This document shows positions 7,509-16,652 of a stretch of 20,000 bases of DNA, piece by piece. Position 1 is the first letter of the stretch, and the number at the start of each line of letters is the position of its first letter. Source of the stretch: an uncultured virus (IMG/VR IMGVR_UViG_3300021197_001080) (taxonomy: Duplodnaviria > Heunggongvirae > Uroviricota > Caudoviricetes); the IMG/VR virus record IMGVR_UViG_3300021197_001080; one strand, written 5' to 3'. The translations under genes were made by a program, and so were the position numbers. The notes below the pieces were generated by a model that made no database searches, had not been told where the DNA came from, and was given only the letters and a program-made list of their open reading frames with translations.

Positions 7509-8729
7509 TCAAAACCAGTCAAAGTCCTCCTCCACAGGGGAAGGGACATCAACTGGAGAACCGGTACGAGCAGTAACAAAGATACCGCCCGTATTGATGG
7601 TTGCTGGTTCAACACCGTCTTCTCCTTGCCTTTGAGAAGTTCTTCCAATGATAATCACAGAAGAACCAATACCGAAGTTAAGTTCAAGGTGTTCCGGAAT
7701 CCAGCAAGTTACCATTCCACTATCGTTTTCATAGTCCATCTCTGCATTCAAGTCAGTAATGTTAATGATACGGTTTCCGTTTGAGGTTGGCGTCATGTTC
7801 ATGTTACAGACAGTACCGTCCGTAACGACGAAACGCTCCTTTGCAGGAAGGGTTTGCATTTGCATGTGCCTACGGTCAAGTTCAACCAAAGGCGTGATGT
7901 TGCTATCAAAAGCATCAACAAGCAACTGTTGGAAATCGTAGTTGCTCACATCACGGTATTGTTCGCCTTGAGGGTCAAGTTCCTCGTTGAGAACAAGACT
8001 GTTCAAGGTGGTCGTAGTTGCGCCATACAAATCAGTACCGTTCTCGTTGGCAACACATGTAAAGTGAAGCCAAGTAAACGGTTGTGGTGTGAAGTCAACT
8101 GCTGGTTGATTTTTGTAGCCAAAGTAGTAAGGCTTCATTTCTCCACCAGCAACAGAACCGTAGAAGATACCAGTTCTTCGGTATTGCTCTTTTGGAAGAG
8201 GCTTCCCGAAGTTCTTGTTGGTTCCACCGTTCATGTAAGTTTCAGTAGCATCAAGTGGAATGTAGATTCTACCGTCTTCAAGAGTCTCTGCGCCTTCCGG
8301 AAGGGAAGGAACAATCTTCTCTTGGTATTGCCCTTTGTGATAGCGGGAAACAACGAACCGTCCCAATGCGTTTTCAGTTGCTTGTGCGACAAGACCATCT
8401 TCAAGTGCTTTGTCGGAATCACGGACGAAGGCTTCCTTCGCTTTGTTTCGGTTCCAAGACATGGTATCTCTTGGTGCATCAAGGCTCACGAAGAACCCAA
8501 AGGCATCCTTGAACAGACTACCACCACTATTTTTGCTTTCACCACTACTTTCTTGTTTGTTGTTGCTTCGCAAAACATTTGCAACATAAACTCTCCAAAG
8601 GCCAACAACCACAGGGTTGTCCATTGTCAAGTTATTCTCTTGACAAATGCTTTCGCACTTCACCTTCGCTTCATCCAGCCCAATACCTAGGGCCTTCGCT
8701 CCATTTTCAATCTCAGTTTCAATATTCAT
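7509..8729 (-). CDS. RPA-like single-stranded DNA-binding protein (OB folds)
   Basis: C-terminal OB-like pattern (VVTDGTV...IINITD...VTCW...GSSVIIIGR), acidic-aromatic tail EEDFDWF, replication-module context, strong GAGGTGA RBS. Confidence 0.65.
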   Translation of the reverse strand: MNIETEIENGAKALGIGLDEAKVKCESICQENNLTMDNPVVVGLWRVYVANVLRSNNKQESSGESKNSGGSLFKDAFGFFVSLDAPRDTMSWNRNKAKEAFVRDSDKALEDGLVAQATENALGRFVVSRYHKGQYQEKIVPSLPEGAETLEDGRIYIPLDATETYMNGGTNKNFGKPLPKEQYRRTGIFYGSVAGGEMKPYYFGYKNQPAVDFTPQPFTWLHFTCVANENGTDLYGATTTTLNSLVLNEELDPQGEQYRDVSNYDFQQLLVDAFDSNITPLVELDRRHMQMQTLPAKERFVVTDGTVCNMNMTPTSNGNRIINITDLNAEMDYENDSGMVTCWIPEHLELNFGIGSSVIIIGRTSQRQGEDGVEPATINTGGIFVTARTGSPVDVPSPVEEDFDWF

Positions 8730-8793
8730 TATTTCACCTCATTTTTTTTGTTTTCTTATTTTTTTTCTTTTCTATTTTTAAGTGAGTTCGTTC
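8730..8793 (-). promoter_or_regulatory. A-rich leader with archaeal-type RBS (GAGGTGA); possible promoter
   Basis: Minus strand reads CTTAAAAATAGAAAAGAAAAAAAATAAGAAAACAAAAAAAATGAGGTGAAATAATG. Confidence 0.45.
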
Positions 8794-9705
8794 TCACATT
8801 AGTTGACTAACCAACCAAGATGCTAACACCTTGGGGGTCATTGTCGTTGAACGCCATTCTGCTTCACCAACGGTTCTTAAGAACTTAAACTTGACATTAC
8901 TGTCAAGGCCGTTGGCTGAAATAATGACATCGTGAAGACCATTACAAATTTCTTTGATGGTACGGCCTTTGTAGAGTAAATCATGTATTTCACCTAGGAC
9001 ATTCGTATTCTTATTTCTTATTTTCTCAATGATATTTTTATAGTCGTCAAGTGTGTTTTCTACTTGTTTGGTGAGCGTTGAGTTACTTGCTTTGGCCGCT
9101 TGTATCTCGGTAATCGCCCTACGCATATCACCGTTCATAGCATATATGAAGGCTTCAATTTCCCCGCTTGAGAACCTACTAATTCCCTCCTTGGAGAGAA
9201 TAGATGTGATTACATTAAACATGTCCTCGTTGCCCAAGGGCTTGAAGTGATAGTTTGCACACCTGCTTTGTAGGGCGAAGATGATTTTGTTCCGGTCATT
9301 ACAGGTGATTATGAAGCGAATGTTTGACGCATAACGCTCCATGATTCGCTTAAGAGCATTCTGAGCATCAGTTGTCATCCCATCCATCTCATCCAGTAGG
9401 CAAATGCGGAAAGGGACTGGGCCAATGCTGGAGTTCCTAGCAACTTCCTTGATAGAGTTGCGAACCGTTTCAAGTTTCCTGTCATCGGACGCATTAATTT
9501 CAAAGAAATTGTCAGCATGGTATTCTCCTAGAATTTCTTTTCCTAGGATTATACCCGCAGTTGTTTTACCATTACCGGGATTACCGTAAATCAAAACATT
9601 TGGCATTTCTTTATCGTCAATCCAAGATTGAGCGTCCATCGTAAAGTGTTGTTGCCCCATTACTTGGGATAAGTTATTTGGTCTGTATTTTTCTGTCCAT
9701 AGCAT
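8794..9705 (-). CDS. rfcS: Replication factor C small subunit (clamp loader)
   Basis: LWTEKYRP, Walker A GNPGNGKTT, EINASDDR, LLDEMD, AQNALKR, SRC motif LQSRC, GDMRRAI. Confidence 0.95.
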   Translation of the reverse strand: MLWTEKYRPNNLSQVMGQQHFTMDAQSWIDDKEMPNVLIYGNPGNGKTTAGIILGKEILGEYHADNFFEINASDDRKLETVRNSIKEVARNSSIGPVPFRICLLDEMDGMTTDAQNALKRIMERYASNIRFIITCNDRNKIIFALQSRCANYHFKPLGNEDMFNVITSILSKEGISRFSSGEIEAFIYAMNGDMRRAITEIQAAKASNSTLTKQVENTLDDYKNIIEKIRNKNTNVLGEIHDLLYKGRTIKEICNGLHDVIISANGLDSNVKFKFLRTVGEAEWRSTTMTPKVLASWLVSQLM

Positions 9706-10018
9706 TTTTATTCCTCCTATATTCTTTTTTCCTTAATCTGTTTTTTAAATTATATTCGGGGTCTTCCCGATTTCGTTTTCTATAATACGAATTCTTTCTC
9801 TTGTCATTTCTTTTCTTATTCATCTCTTGGGCGAGATGAAAGAAATCACCATATTTGCCTTCTTGAGCAAGAAGATAAAGCGTTTCAAACTGTTCTTCTG
9901 TCATTTCTTCCCAAAGCCCATATTGGATAAAGTTCCGTGGGATTTTTAATTGTTGAGCGGTGAAATAAGGTATGTCAAATATTTCGTAAAGAAACATGCT
10001 TGTGTAATTAAAGGGCAT
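9674..10018 (-). CDS. Hypothetical protein with basic C-terminus
   Basis: GAGGTGA RBS; C-terminal YYRKRNREDPEYNLKNRLR. Confidence 0.65.
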   Translation of the reverse strand: MPFNYTSMFLYEIFDIPYFTAQQLKIPRNFIQYGLWEEMTEEQFETLYLLAQEGKYGDFFHLAQEMNKKRNDKRKNSYYRKRNREDPEYNLKNRLRKKEYRRNKNAMDRKIQTK

Positions 10019-10022
10019 CTTA

Positions 10023-10325
10023 TCACCTCAAATCTATTCCTCTATGCTTTGGCATAGAATGTGTTCTCCTGTAGAATTTTTTCTTTTGACTCTGAACTTT
10101 CACTTCTACTAAACCCAAGTCAATAAGCAGTTTCAAAACAGAGACTACATCATAGGAAGGGGCATCTCTGAGATACTTCGTATGCTTGGATAGTTCTGCT
10201 GGAGTTCGCCACTCATCGTCTAAATTAAGAAGTAATTCCGCAAATCGGAATTCTAGATAGTCTTGCTCAAAGGTAATTATTACCTTTTTTAGCACTTTGC
10301 GGTTCGTTTCAATTCTCATTGGCAT
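10023..10325 (-). CDS. Winged-helix DNA-binding protein
   Basis: WRTPAELSK...VVSVLKLLIDLGLVEVK...KFYRR wHTH pattern; AGGTGA RBS. Confidence 0.7.
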   Translation of the reverse strand: MPMRIETNRKVLKKVIITFEQDYLEFRFAELLLNLDDEWRTPAELSKHTKYLRDAPSYDVVSVLKLLIDLGLVEVKVQSQKKKFYRRTHSMPKHRGIDLR

Positions 10326-10334
10326 TTTATCACC

Positions 10335-11177
10335 TTAATATTCAAACAGAGAACTCTGCTTACTCTGTATTGGGTCAGTTTTCTTTCTTCTTTTCTTCTC
10401 ACCCAGTTTCAGCATTCTGCACTCTGAATTGTTGAGTTTTGTTTTAGCATATTGCTTGAACTCCTCATCTTTAAAAAGTTGATGAAGAAGCCTTTCTTCT
10501 TTTACCCCAAGTCTCCTTGCCAAGGAGGGAATCTTAGAGTAAGTTCCTCTTTTTGGCATAGCCAATCTACCGAAGTGTTTGCCCGAATTCGGATAGGCTA
10601 ACATTTCGTAGAAATATCTTTGGTTCCATCTTCTCTTTACTACGCCGTCAACAAAAATTAGCCGATTAGGGTGTATATTCTCCACAAGCCAGTTTATGAT
10701 TTGAGTGTCGGATGGTTTGTTGAATTTCAAATATTCAGCCATGAGGTCCCTATCATTTTCTTTTAGGAACTTCATGGTGAGAGAGTAGGTGTCCATCTCA
10801 TATGAAAACGGCCCGCTACTACGAGGAGCAAGCCTTTCAATGCTTTCCCTAAGAAATGTCCTTGTTCCTGCTCTTTTAATTTGACACATTGACTTTATCT
10901 CTTTAGGTACGGACTTTTCATTAAAAGAAGTCAATACAATTTTACCTTGATAGTGTCTTAAAATGTAGAGAATTGATTCTTTATCTGGCTTGTAGTGGAT
11001 ATCTTCAATTAAAATCCCTTTTGATAGAGGTAGTGAATGTATATCATTCAACTCGCAGGCATCGCCAAAAACAACAATCGGGTCTTCAAGAAGACCTAGC
11101 GCAGTTGTTGTTTTTCCAGTTCCATGTTTTCCTGTAATTAATATTGGTCTATTTTTATTCATGGTTGTTAGTCCCAT
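10335..11177 (-). CDS. Divergent RFC large subunit-like AAA+ protein
   Basis: PILITGKHGTGKTT Walker A, degenerate Walker B ILIEDI, C-terminal PIP-like QSSLFEY; close to rfcS. Start may be 11162. Confidence 0.65.
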   Translation of the reverse strand: MGLTTMNKNRPILITGKHGTGKTTTALGLLEDPIVVFGDACELNDIHSLPLSKGILIEDIHYKPDKESILYILRHYQGKIVLTSFNEKSVPKEIKSMCQIKRAGTRTFLRESIERLAPRSSGPFSYEMDTYSLTMKFLKENDRDLMAEYLKFNKPSDTQIINWLVENIHPNRLIFVDGVVKRRWNQRYFYEMLAYPNSGKHFGRLAMPKRGTYSKIPSLARRLGVKEERLLHQLFKDEEFKQYAKTKLNNSECRMLKLGEKKRRKKTDPIQSKQSSLFEY

Positions 11178-11577
11178 ATTCTAACTCTCCTTTTATTTCT
11201 ACTAACCTTTCAATGCCCTTCAAGGTCAAATGTTCTTTGTTTGAGATTGCCTCAACTGTTTCTCTAAAGAAGGTCCACTCATTCTTCGCATCGGGAAGGT
11301 GTGGGACAATCTCTATTGTCTTTTCTAGATTCTTAATTCCACCAATGTAAAGAACAGGCATTGGCCTCTTCGTATTTTCTTTTTCTTTGTAGGTGGTCTT
11401 TATCTGATACTGCAATAGGCTTCTACGCAGAGCCAACACGAATTTGCTCTTTCCCCGAATAACTAGTCTAAGACGGACATTGTAACCTATTTGCATCCTT
11501 TCATCTACACCAATCTTTAGGTTCATTTTAGAAGAAGACAGTAAGATGCCAGAAATCATGTCCTTACTAAACACCAT
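11155..11577 (-). CDS. Single-motif LAGLIDADG-fold protein with degenerate active site
   Basis: MISGILLSSS at the motif position, GYNVRLRLVI, IVPHL, and the typical tail KEHLTLKGIERLVEIK. Confidence 0.75.
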   Translation of the reverse strand: MVFSKDMISGILLSSSKMNLKIGVDERMQIGYNVRLRLVIRGKSKFVLALRRSLLQYQIKTTYKEKENTKRPMPVLYIGGIKNLEKTIEIVPHLPDAKNEWTFFRETVEAISNKEHLTLKGIERLVEIKGELEYGTNNHE

Positions 11578-11920
11578 CTTCGCACTTCCTAATACCTATG
11601 AAGTCATACTTATAGCACATAAAGTCAATGCCACTCCCTATGAGTTCAATTAGTTTCTCGGAGTTCGGCAGAATACCTCCGAACATAAAACTAACCTTAG
11701 TTCCTTGATAGGAGCAAGCCATCCTTGCGCTTTCTTCGCTAATGTAATTGATAATCACAACGAATGGAGTTTCTACTTCGTTAACTAGAACCATATGAGG
11801 AATAAGACCAAGACTGAGGATATCAGCCTCTTTTAATTTAAAATTACCGTAAATCATGAAGTCTAGACTGGTCACAAAACCGTACTCCTCAACCATTCTA
11901 ACGACTTCTTCGTCAAACAT
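11567..11920 (-). CDS. Hypothetical protein
   Basis: 117-aa ORF, tightly packed in the operon. Confidence 0.7.
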   Translation of the reverse strand: MFDEEVVRMVEEYGFVTSLDFMIYGNFKLKEADILSLGLIPHMVLVNEVETPFVVIINYISEESARMACSYQGTKVSFMFGGILPNSEKLIELIGSGIDFMCYKYDFIGIRKCEDGV

Positions 11921-11921
11921 C

Positions 11922-12110
11922 TTACTCCCACCATATTGGCTTATCCTCAGATGAGCCTACCCATTCGTGTATTTGCAATTTTATTTCATACTTTAGCCTT
12001 CTAACCGTGGGGCCTTTCTTCCAATCCCACGATTCAATTGGGTCGGTTTGAAACTGAGCAAGTAGTCGGGTGGTTCCCGATTCAAGGACTTGAACTTCTT
12101 TGACCATCAA
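11922..12110 (-). CDS. Hypothetical protein
   Basis: 62-aa ORF coupled to the ligase stop and ending 1 nt before the next start. Confidence 0.6.
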   Translation of the reverse strand: MMVKEVQVLESGTTRLLAQFQTDPIESWDWKKGPTVRRLKYEIKLQIHEWVGSSEDKPIWWE

Positions 12111-13636
12111 AGGAATGCCTCCACATCATTAAGAGTGTTAATGTCTGCGACAAACTTGTCGTCTCTAATTCGTTCCATTCTTGGAAACCTCAAACCGTAG
12201 TTCCCCCTCGCATCTTGTGAAACCAAATCTGCCTTTACCTGCAAAACAACTCTAGGTAGGAAGTGAAAGGTGCCAGCATTGAAGGACTCAACATTTCGCT
12301 TCAGTTGATTCGTTAGGGTAATCAACTCTTGGTCGGAGAAACCAGTCCCAACTTTACCAACAGAAGTAAAACCACTCCTTGACTTCACCCCAACTTCAAA
12401 GGTTGCGAACACATTTGATTTCTTACCTTCTCCATACTCTGCTGATAGAATTACAACATCAAGTTCAATTCGTGGCGGTTTGTATTTCGCCCAACCTTGA
12501 CTTCTCTTACCTGCTTCGTAGGGTAAAGAGGCATCTTTAACAATGATACCTTCAAATCCATCGTTGATTGCATTGTTATAGAAAGCCAAAGGATTACCCC
12601 CACTCTCCATTCTATGTGCTTGGTCTGGATTAGACTCAAAGGCTTCCAATCTATTCTCGTATGGTAAACCCATGATGGTTTCTCTGTCCCACTTCAAACA
12701 GTCAAAGATAACCCACTTAACAGAGACCTTGGAAACTGCATCACTAACATTCTTTGAGTGGACTCTTGTTCCTAACTGCTTGTGAGGAGCAGGGCTCCCA
12801 TCACCGTTTATTGGGTAAATCTCTCCATCAAAGATAGCAGAATGAATAGCATATGACTGAACAGTCTCAACAACATCGGGGAACTGCTTCGTGACAATCT
12901 TTCCCTTACGGTTAAAGATAATAACAGAACTGCCATCTTTGTGGATTTGGTAGCGATTACCATCATACTTGTAATCAACAACTCTATTCTTGGGCCATTT
13001 CGCCATTGGGACTTCTTTTGCTAACATAGGTGCTACAAAGGAACCGTGGCTCAAATCCATAGGGGGCTCGCTCCCCATTTCATAGTACGAGACTACATCA
13101 GAGAGCAGGTTGAAGTTACAATGTTTCTTAGTATCTGCCAACTTGTATTCATAGTGTTTAGCGACAGACTTTTGACAAATACCAACATTGATTCCATTTC
13201 TAGGCGTTCTTAACCAATAGCGTAGAAACCACTTTCTCTCCAAAGCCGACATTTCAAAAATCGCATCTTTTACAAGAGAGTAAGATTGACTGGATATGCT
13301 TCCACAGTCAATTTCCAAAAGACGAACAACACTACTCAAGGAAATGTGCTTGTCTGTCCCTTTGCCAGAATCAAGATAGTAAATTGCTTCACCTAAGTCC
13401 TCATGGACACGGTAAAGGCTCTCTATCTCATCATCAAATACCTCAAACATCTTGGCCGTCCACTTCTTTGCTTTGGTTAGACCGATATTATTTGATTGCA
13501 AATCCAATGAGAGAATCTTGACAAACAATTGCTTGTTTTCAAAACTCCCCATTGCCCTTGAAATCAGATTTACCTGTTCTGTTGGTTTTTTCCTGTCGGT
13601 TGCTTGTAGCAACCTGCTTAGACTCATCCAATTCAT
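12107..13636 (-). CDS. lig: ATP-dependent DNA ligase
   Basis: PMLA, motif I KYDGNR, FDGEI, VIFD, EGIIVK, WAKYK, GKVGTGF, LRFPR. Confidence 0.96.
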   Translation of the reverse strand: MNWMSLSRLLQATDRKKPTEQVNLISRAMGSFENKQLFVKILSLDLQSNNIGLTKAKKWTAKMFEVFDDEIESLYRVHEDLGEAIYYLDSGKGTDKHISLSSVVRLLEIDCGSISSQSYSLVKDAIFEMSALERKWFLRYWLRTPRNGINVGICQKSVAKHYEYKLADTKKHCNFNLLSDVVSYYEMGSEPPMDLSHGSFVAPMLAKEVPMAKWPKNRVVDYKYDGNRYQIHKDGSSVIIFNRKGKIVTKQFPDVVETVQSYAIHSAIFDGEIYPINGDGSPAPHKQLGTRVHSKNVSDAVSKVSVKWVIFDCLKWDRETIMGLPYENRLEAFESNPDQAHRMESGGNPLAFYNNAINDGFEGIIVKDASLPYEAGKRSQGWAKYKPPRIELDVVILSAEYGEGKKSNVFATFEVGVKSRSGFTSVGKVGTGFSDQELITLTNQLKRNVESFNAGTFHFLPRVVLQVKADLVSQDARGNYGLRFPRMERIRDDKFVADINTLNDVEAFL

Positions 13637-13766
13637 TTACAATCACTCCTATGTTTTCATTCAATTTGATAATCAGTTCTTTGACCAATGGGCTGATTCT
13701 ACCATTGTTGCTATCTGCAAAGGTCCACATGACCTTCGCTAAATATTCCCACTCACTCTTCTTCAT
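13539..13766 (-). CDS. Hypothetical protein
   Basis: MKKSEWEYLAKVMWTF...; fills the gap between neighbours but overlaps the ligase start by about 98 nt. Confidence 0.5.
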   Translation of the reverse strand: MKKSEWEYLAKVMWTFADSNNGRISPLVKELIIKLNENIGVIVNELDESKQVATSNRQEKTNRTGKSDFKGNGEF

Positions 13767-14103
13767 CGGGCTCAACTGCCTGTAGTAATCTCAAGAAGTT
13801 GGTAATCATATGAGAAGCAACTCTCCCCTCTTCTTCCTTACCCTGTTCCATAAAGCGGTGCATGAGATGGATAAGAGTTGCCTGTGTAATAGCGGGACTC
13901 ATCTTTAGAACACCGCCACCTTTTTGAATTTCCCAATAAGAAACAAAGGTCGCCTTTGCTAGGTGATTACCATAGCGCATTTCGCCCACACTTGAATTGA
14001 AGTGGTCAAGCATGACTGACTTATGCTTCAGTCTTTTTCTCTGTTCTGCAACCCAAGATGCAAACTTCTTATCGTTCGTACAAATTAAAAATAATTTATT
14101 CAT
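13753..14103 (-). CDS. Hypothetical helical protein
   Basis: Start MNKLFL gives an ATGA overlap and has GAGGAG upstream. Confidence 0.7.
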   Translation of the reverse strand: MNKLFLICTNDKKFASWVAEQRKRLKHKSVMLDHFNSSVGEMRYGNHLAKATFVSYWEIQKGGGVLKMSPAITQATLIHLMHRFMEQGKEEEGRVASHMITNFLRLLQAVEPDEEE

Positions 14104-14366
14104 TTCATTCTCTCCTCTGTGTTGATGAACCATTCTTTCAACATGCCCAATTCCACCATCATCACCTGTTCGTGGACATGGGGTGCTTCTATCCTACACC
14201 CTTCTTCCCCAATATCTACTGGGTATGACTTTTCAATAATAGAAGCCATTAAGTCAACAAATTCGCTCATATGTTCTTGGAATTCAACTATGGCTTTTTT
14301 TGTGTATTGCCTTCTAGGATTTGCTTTCTTCAGACTCTCTTTCGCTTGAACGAATTTAATTCTCAT
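14100..14366 (-). CDS. Probable histone-fold protein
   Basis: Short helix (IKFVQAKESLKKA), loop (NPRRQYT), long helix (KKAIVEFQEHMSEFVDLMASIIEKS), loop, RIEAPHV helix; spacing matches a histone fold. Confidence 0.55.
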   Translation of the reverse strand: MRIKFVQAKESLKKANPRRQYTKKAIVEFQEHMSEFVDLMASIIEKSYPVDIGEEGCRIEAPHVHEQVMMVELGMLKEWFINTEERMK

Positions 14367-14559
14367 CTAATTCTCTCCTTAGAATTTGAAGGAGCAACTT
14401 GGCTTCTTCTCTATTCAACCTAACTCCCTTGTGGGTTGGTTTATCGTTCTTTGACCACCTAATATCAACAACTTCAATATTCCAATAAGTTCCAGAGCGA
14501 ACTACAACTTCGTCCTTCTCGTTTCTAGGAACTCTTCCTACAATATCTAATTCAGTCAT
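14356..14559 (-). CDS. PC4/p15-like ssDNA-binding protein
   Basis: EVVVRSGTYWNIEVVDIRW...PTHKGVRLNREE, matching the PC4 DIR..PT.KG.L signature. Confidence 0.85.
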   Translation of the reverse strand: MTELDIVGRVPRNEKDEVVVRSGTYWNIEVVDIRWSKNDKPTHKGVRLNREEAKLLLQILRRELDEN

Positions 14560-14957
14560 TCCATCATCCAACCTTGTTTGAACTTATCAAGTTCTTGTCT
14601 TGAAGTAAAGTAGCGGGGATTGTGGCTACCGCCCAAGGGGTTGCAAACCCAACAGGCACCGCCAATACTGGAAATCTGCACAATCTCAAACTGCTCATCG
14701 TTGATTTCACAAACCTCAATAGTGTTTACTTCGGGAACAAGCCCATACATACGAGTAATCTCGGAAGCAACATCACGGATATTTTCAACGACATACTTTA
14801 CAATATGTGCTCTTTGTATTGGAATCTTGGGAGCAACTTGGAACTTAATCTTACCTTGCATCTTACAGACTTTACATTTATTCCCTTCACAAATAGGGCA
14901 ACCCACTTCTGCATCGTGGGGCGCAGGAAGTGTCACTGTTACTGCTTTCTTCTTCAT
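14556..14957 (-). CDS. Protein with DnaJ-like CxxCxG Zn finger
   Basis: CPICEGNKCKVCKMQG. Confidence 0.7.
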   Translation of the reverse strand: MKKKAVTVTLPAPHDAEVGCPICEGNKCKVCKMQGKIKFQVAPKIPIQRAHIVKYVVENIRDVASEITRMYGLVPEVNTIEVCEINDEQFEIVQISSIGGACWVCNPLGGSHNPRYFTSRQELDKFKQGWMME

Positions 14958-14995
14958 CTGCTATCCCTCAACAAATAGTTGTCTCTACGCTTCAT
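14954..14995 (-). CDS. Possible 13-aa coupling peptide
   Basis: MKRRDNYLLRDSR fills the gap after groEL; its stop overlaps the next ATG (ATGA). Confidence 0.3.
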   Translation of the reverse strand: MKRRDNYLLRDSR

Positions 14996-14997
14996 GC

Positions 14998-16488
14998 TTA
15001 TTCCCCTAATAGCACCGCTACATCAGTAGTCAAGAATAGGCTAGCGATGGACATTGCGGCAACAAAACTGTTTTTTGTAACCTTAACTGGGTCAAAGACT
15101 CCAGCCGAAGACAAATCCTCATACTCACAAGTAAGAGCATTGTATCCAGTTTCTTTCAATTTAACCTCATCAAAAGTGCCTCCACTATTGTTGATGAGAG
15201 TAGTTACTGGAGCGACAAGAGATGACTCTACGATACGGTGCCCTAGGGCATCTCCTAGCGCACTTCTAGCGTTGAATAGGGTCATACCCCCACCAATGAC
15301 AATCCCTTCGCTGAGTGCGGCCTTGGTAGCATTAAGAGCGTCATCTAAGCGTTCTTTCTTTTCACGCATTTCAAGTTGAGACCCAGCACCGACTCGGATG
15401 GTGGCGACACCACCGCTTAAGCGAGCAATTCTTGATTTGATTCTAGCCAAATCAAAACCTTCCATATCCTCAGCAATATCTCTCAATTGAGTTATCTTCT
15501 GAGAAGTGTCACCACTACCCCCAATAATAGTGGTGTATTCTTTACCAACTATTACTTTCTCACATTGTCCGAATTCATCAAAGGAAATCAACTTTGGGTC
15601 ATCTCTTGATTCATCATTAAACACTCTACCACCAACAAGAGAACTTGTATCTTGAAGTTCATCTAATTGGGCATCACCGAAGTTAGGGGCAAGAATAGCC
15701 GCACATTGGATTGTTTTGTTCATGATGTTCATCATGAGATTAGCCAAAGCGGAACCTTCTATTCCCTTTGAGACAATAAGCAATGGTCTTCCTTTGGCGG
15801 AAGCAATCTCCAACATTGGCAATAGGTCTTGGAATGCCTTAATCTTCAAATTAGATAGGAAGACTAATGGATTCTCAAAGGTACACTTGCCGTCCTCATC
15901 AGCCATGAGGTGGGAAATGTAGCCCTCATCAAGACGAACTCCTTCTCTCGTAACCAATTCAGTCCGGTGAGACTTACCTTCTTCAACAGTAACGATACCT
16001 TCTCTACCAACAGAGTTGATTGCTTCTTGAATTAACTCCCCTAGAACCGAATCGTTGTTAGCCGCAATTGTGGCAATGTTGAGGATATTATCGTCTTCAA
16101 TCTCTTGGGCCTTTTCTTCCAAAGCAGAAAGAACTAGTTCCTGTGCTTCTTCCAGTTCAAGGCGCAACTCATGGACATTGATAGTTTCAAGTCCAGCAAT
16201 TGTATTGCAAAGTGCTCTAGCAATAACACAAGCAGTTGTGGTTCCGTCACCGCTTCCTTCCTGTGCTTTACTTGCTAGGTTTTGCACCATCTGTACGCCC
16301 ATTTGAACATAGGGGTCTTCGCTCCTAACATACTTGGTAATGGTTACACCGTCATTGATAATGACAGGTGGTTCTCCCTGTAGAATAACAGTTCTAGCCT
16401 GTGGCCCCAATGTTGGGCTAACTGTGTCAGCAACGAGATTAATCCCCTGTAGTAACTTTTCTTTTACTTGACCTCCATGTAGAATCAT
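14998..16488 (-). CDS. groEL: Group I chaperonin (GroEL-like), viral
   Basis: TLGP, NDGVTI, GDGTTT, APNFGD, RIARLSGGVATIRVGA, ERLDDALNAT, EGIVIGGG, DPVKV; start at 16488 by ATGA overlap; no GGM tail. Confidence 0.95.
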   Translation of the reverse strand: MILHGGQVKEKLLQGINLVADTVSPTLGPQARTVILQGEPPVIINDGVTITKYVRSEDPYVQMGVQMVQNLASKAQEGSGDGTTTACVIARALCNTIAGLETINVHELRLELEEAQELVLSALEEKAQEIEDDNILNIATIAANNDSVLGELIQEAINSVGREGIVTVEEGKSHRTELVTREGVRLDEGYISHLMADEDGKCTFENPLVFLSNLKIKAFQDLLPMLEIASAKGRPLLIVSKGIEGSALANLMMNIMNKTIQCAAILAPNFGDAQLDELQDTSSLVGGRVFNDESRDDPKLISFDEFGQCEKVIVGKEYTTIIGGSGDTSQKITQLRDIAEDMEGFDLARIKSRIARLSGGVATIRVGAGSQLEMREKKERLDDALNATKAALSEGIVIGGGMTLFNARSALGDALGHRIVESSLVAPVTTLINNSGGTFDEVKLKETGYNALTCEYEDLSSAGVFDPVKVTKNSFVAAMSIASLFLTTDVAVLLGE

Positions 16489-16652
16489 TCTTTCACCAAC
16501 CCGTAATAGCCCTCTTCCATAACAGGGATTCCAATATATTCGGCATAGCACTTTTCAGTGCAGAAGTCTCTTCTCCCAATAGCGGTTGGGATTCTCCTGT
16601 AAGGCGTAGGCTTATAGCCGCAATTAGCGCATATCTGTCTGTCTACCATCAT
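16485..16652 (-). CDS. TRASH/MYM-type Zn-finger protein
   Basis: CANCG...DFCTEKC; ATGA overlaps on both sides. Confidence 0.7.
   Translation of the reverse strand: MMVDRQICANCGYKPTPYRRIPTAIGRRDFCTEKCYAEYIGIPVMEEGYYGLVKE

Noticed and set aside
16489..16551. N-terminal extensions given by the ORF track (groEL, and likewise 18383, 18123, 16685, 14133, 19925)
   Set aside because: Downstream ATGs give ATGA overlaps or an RBS and match the expected domain starts; the extensions overlap other genes
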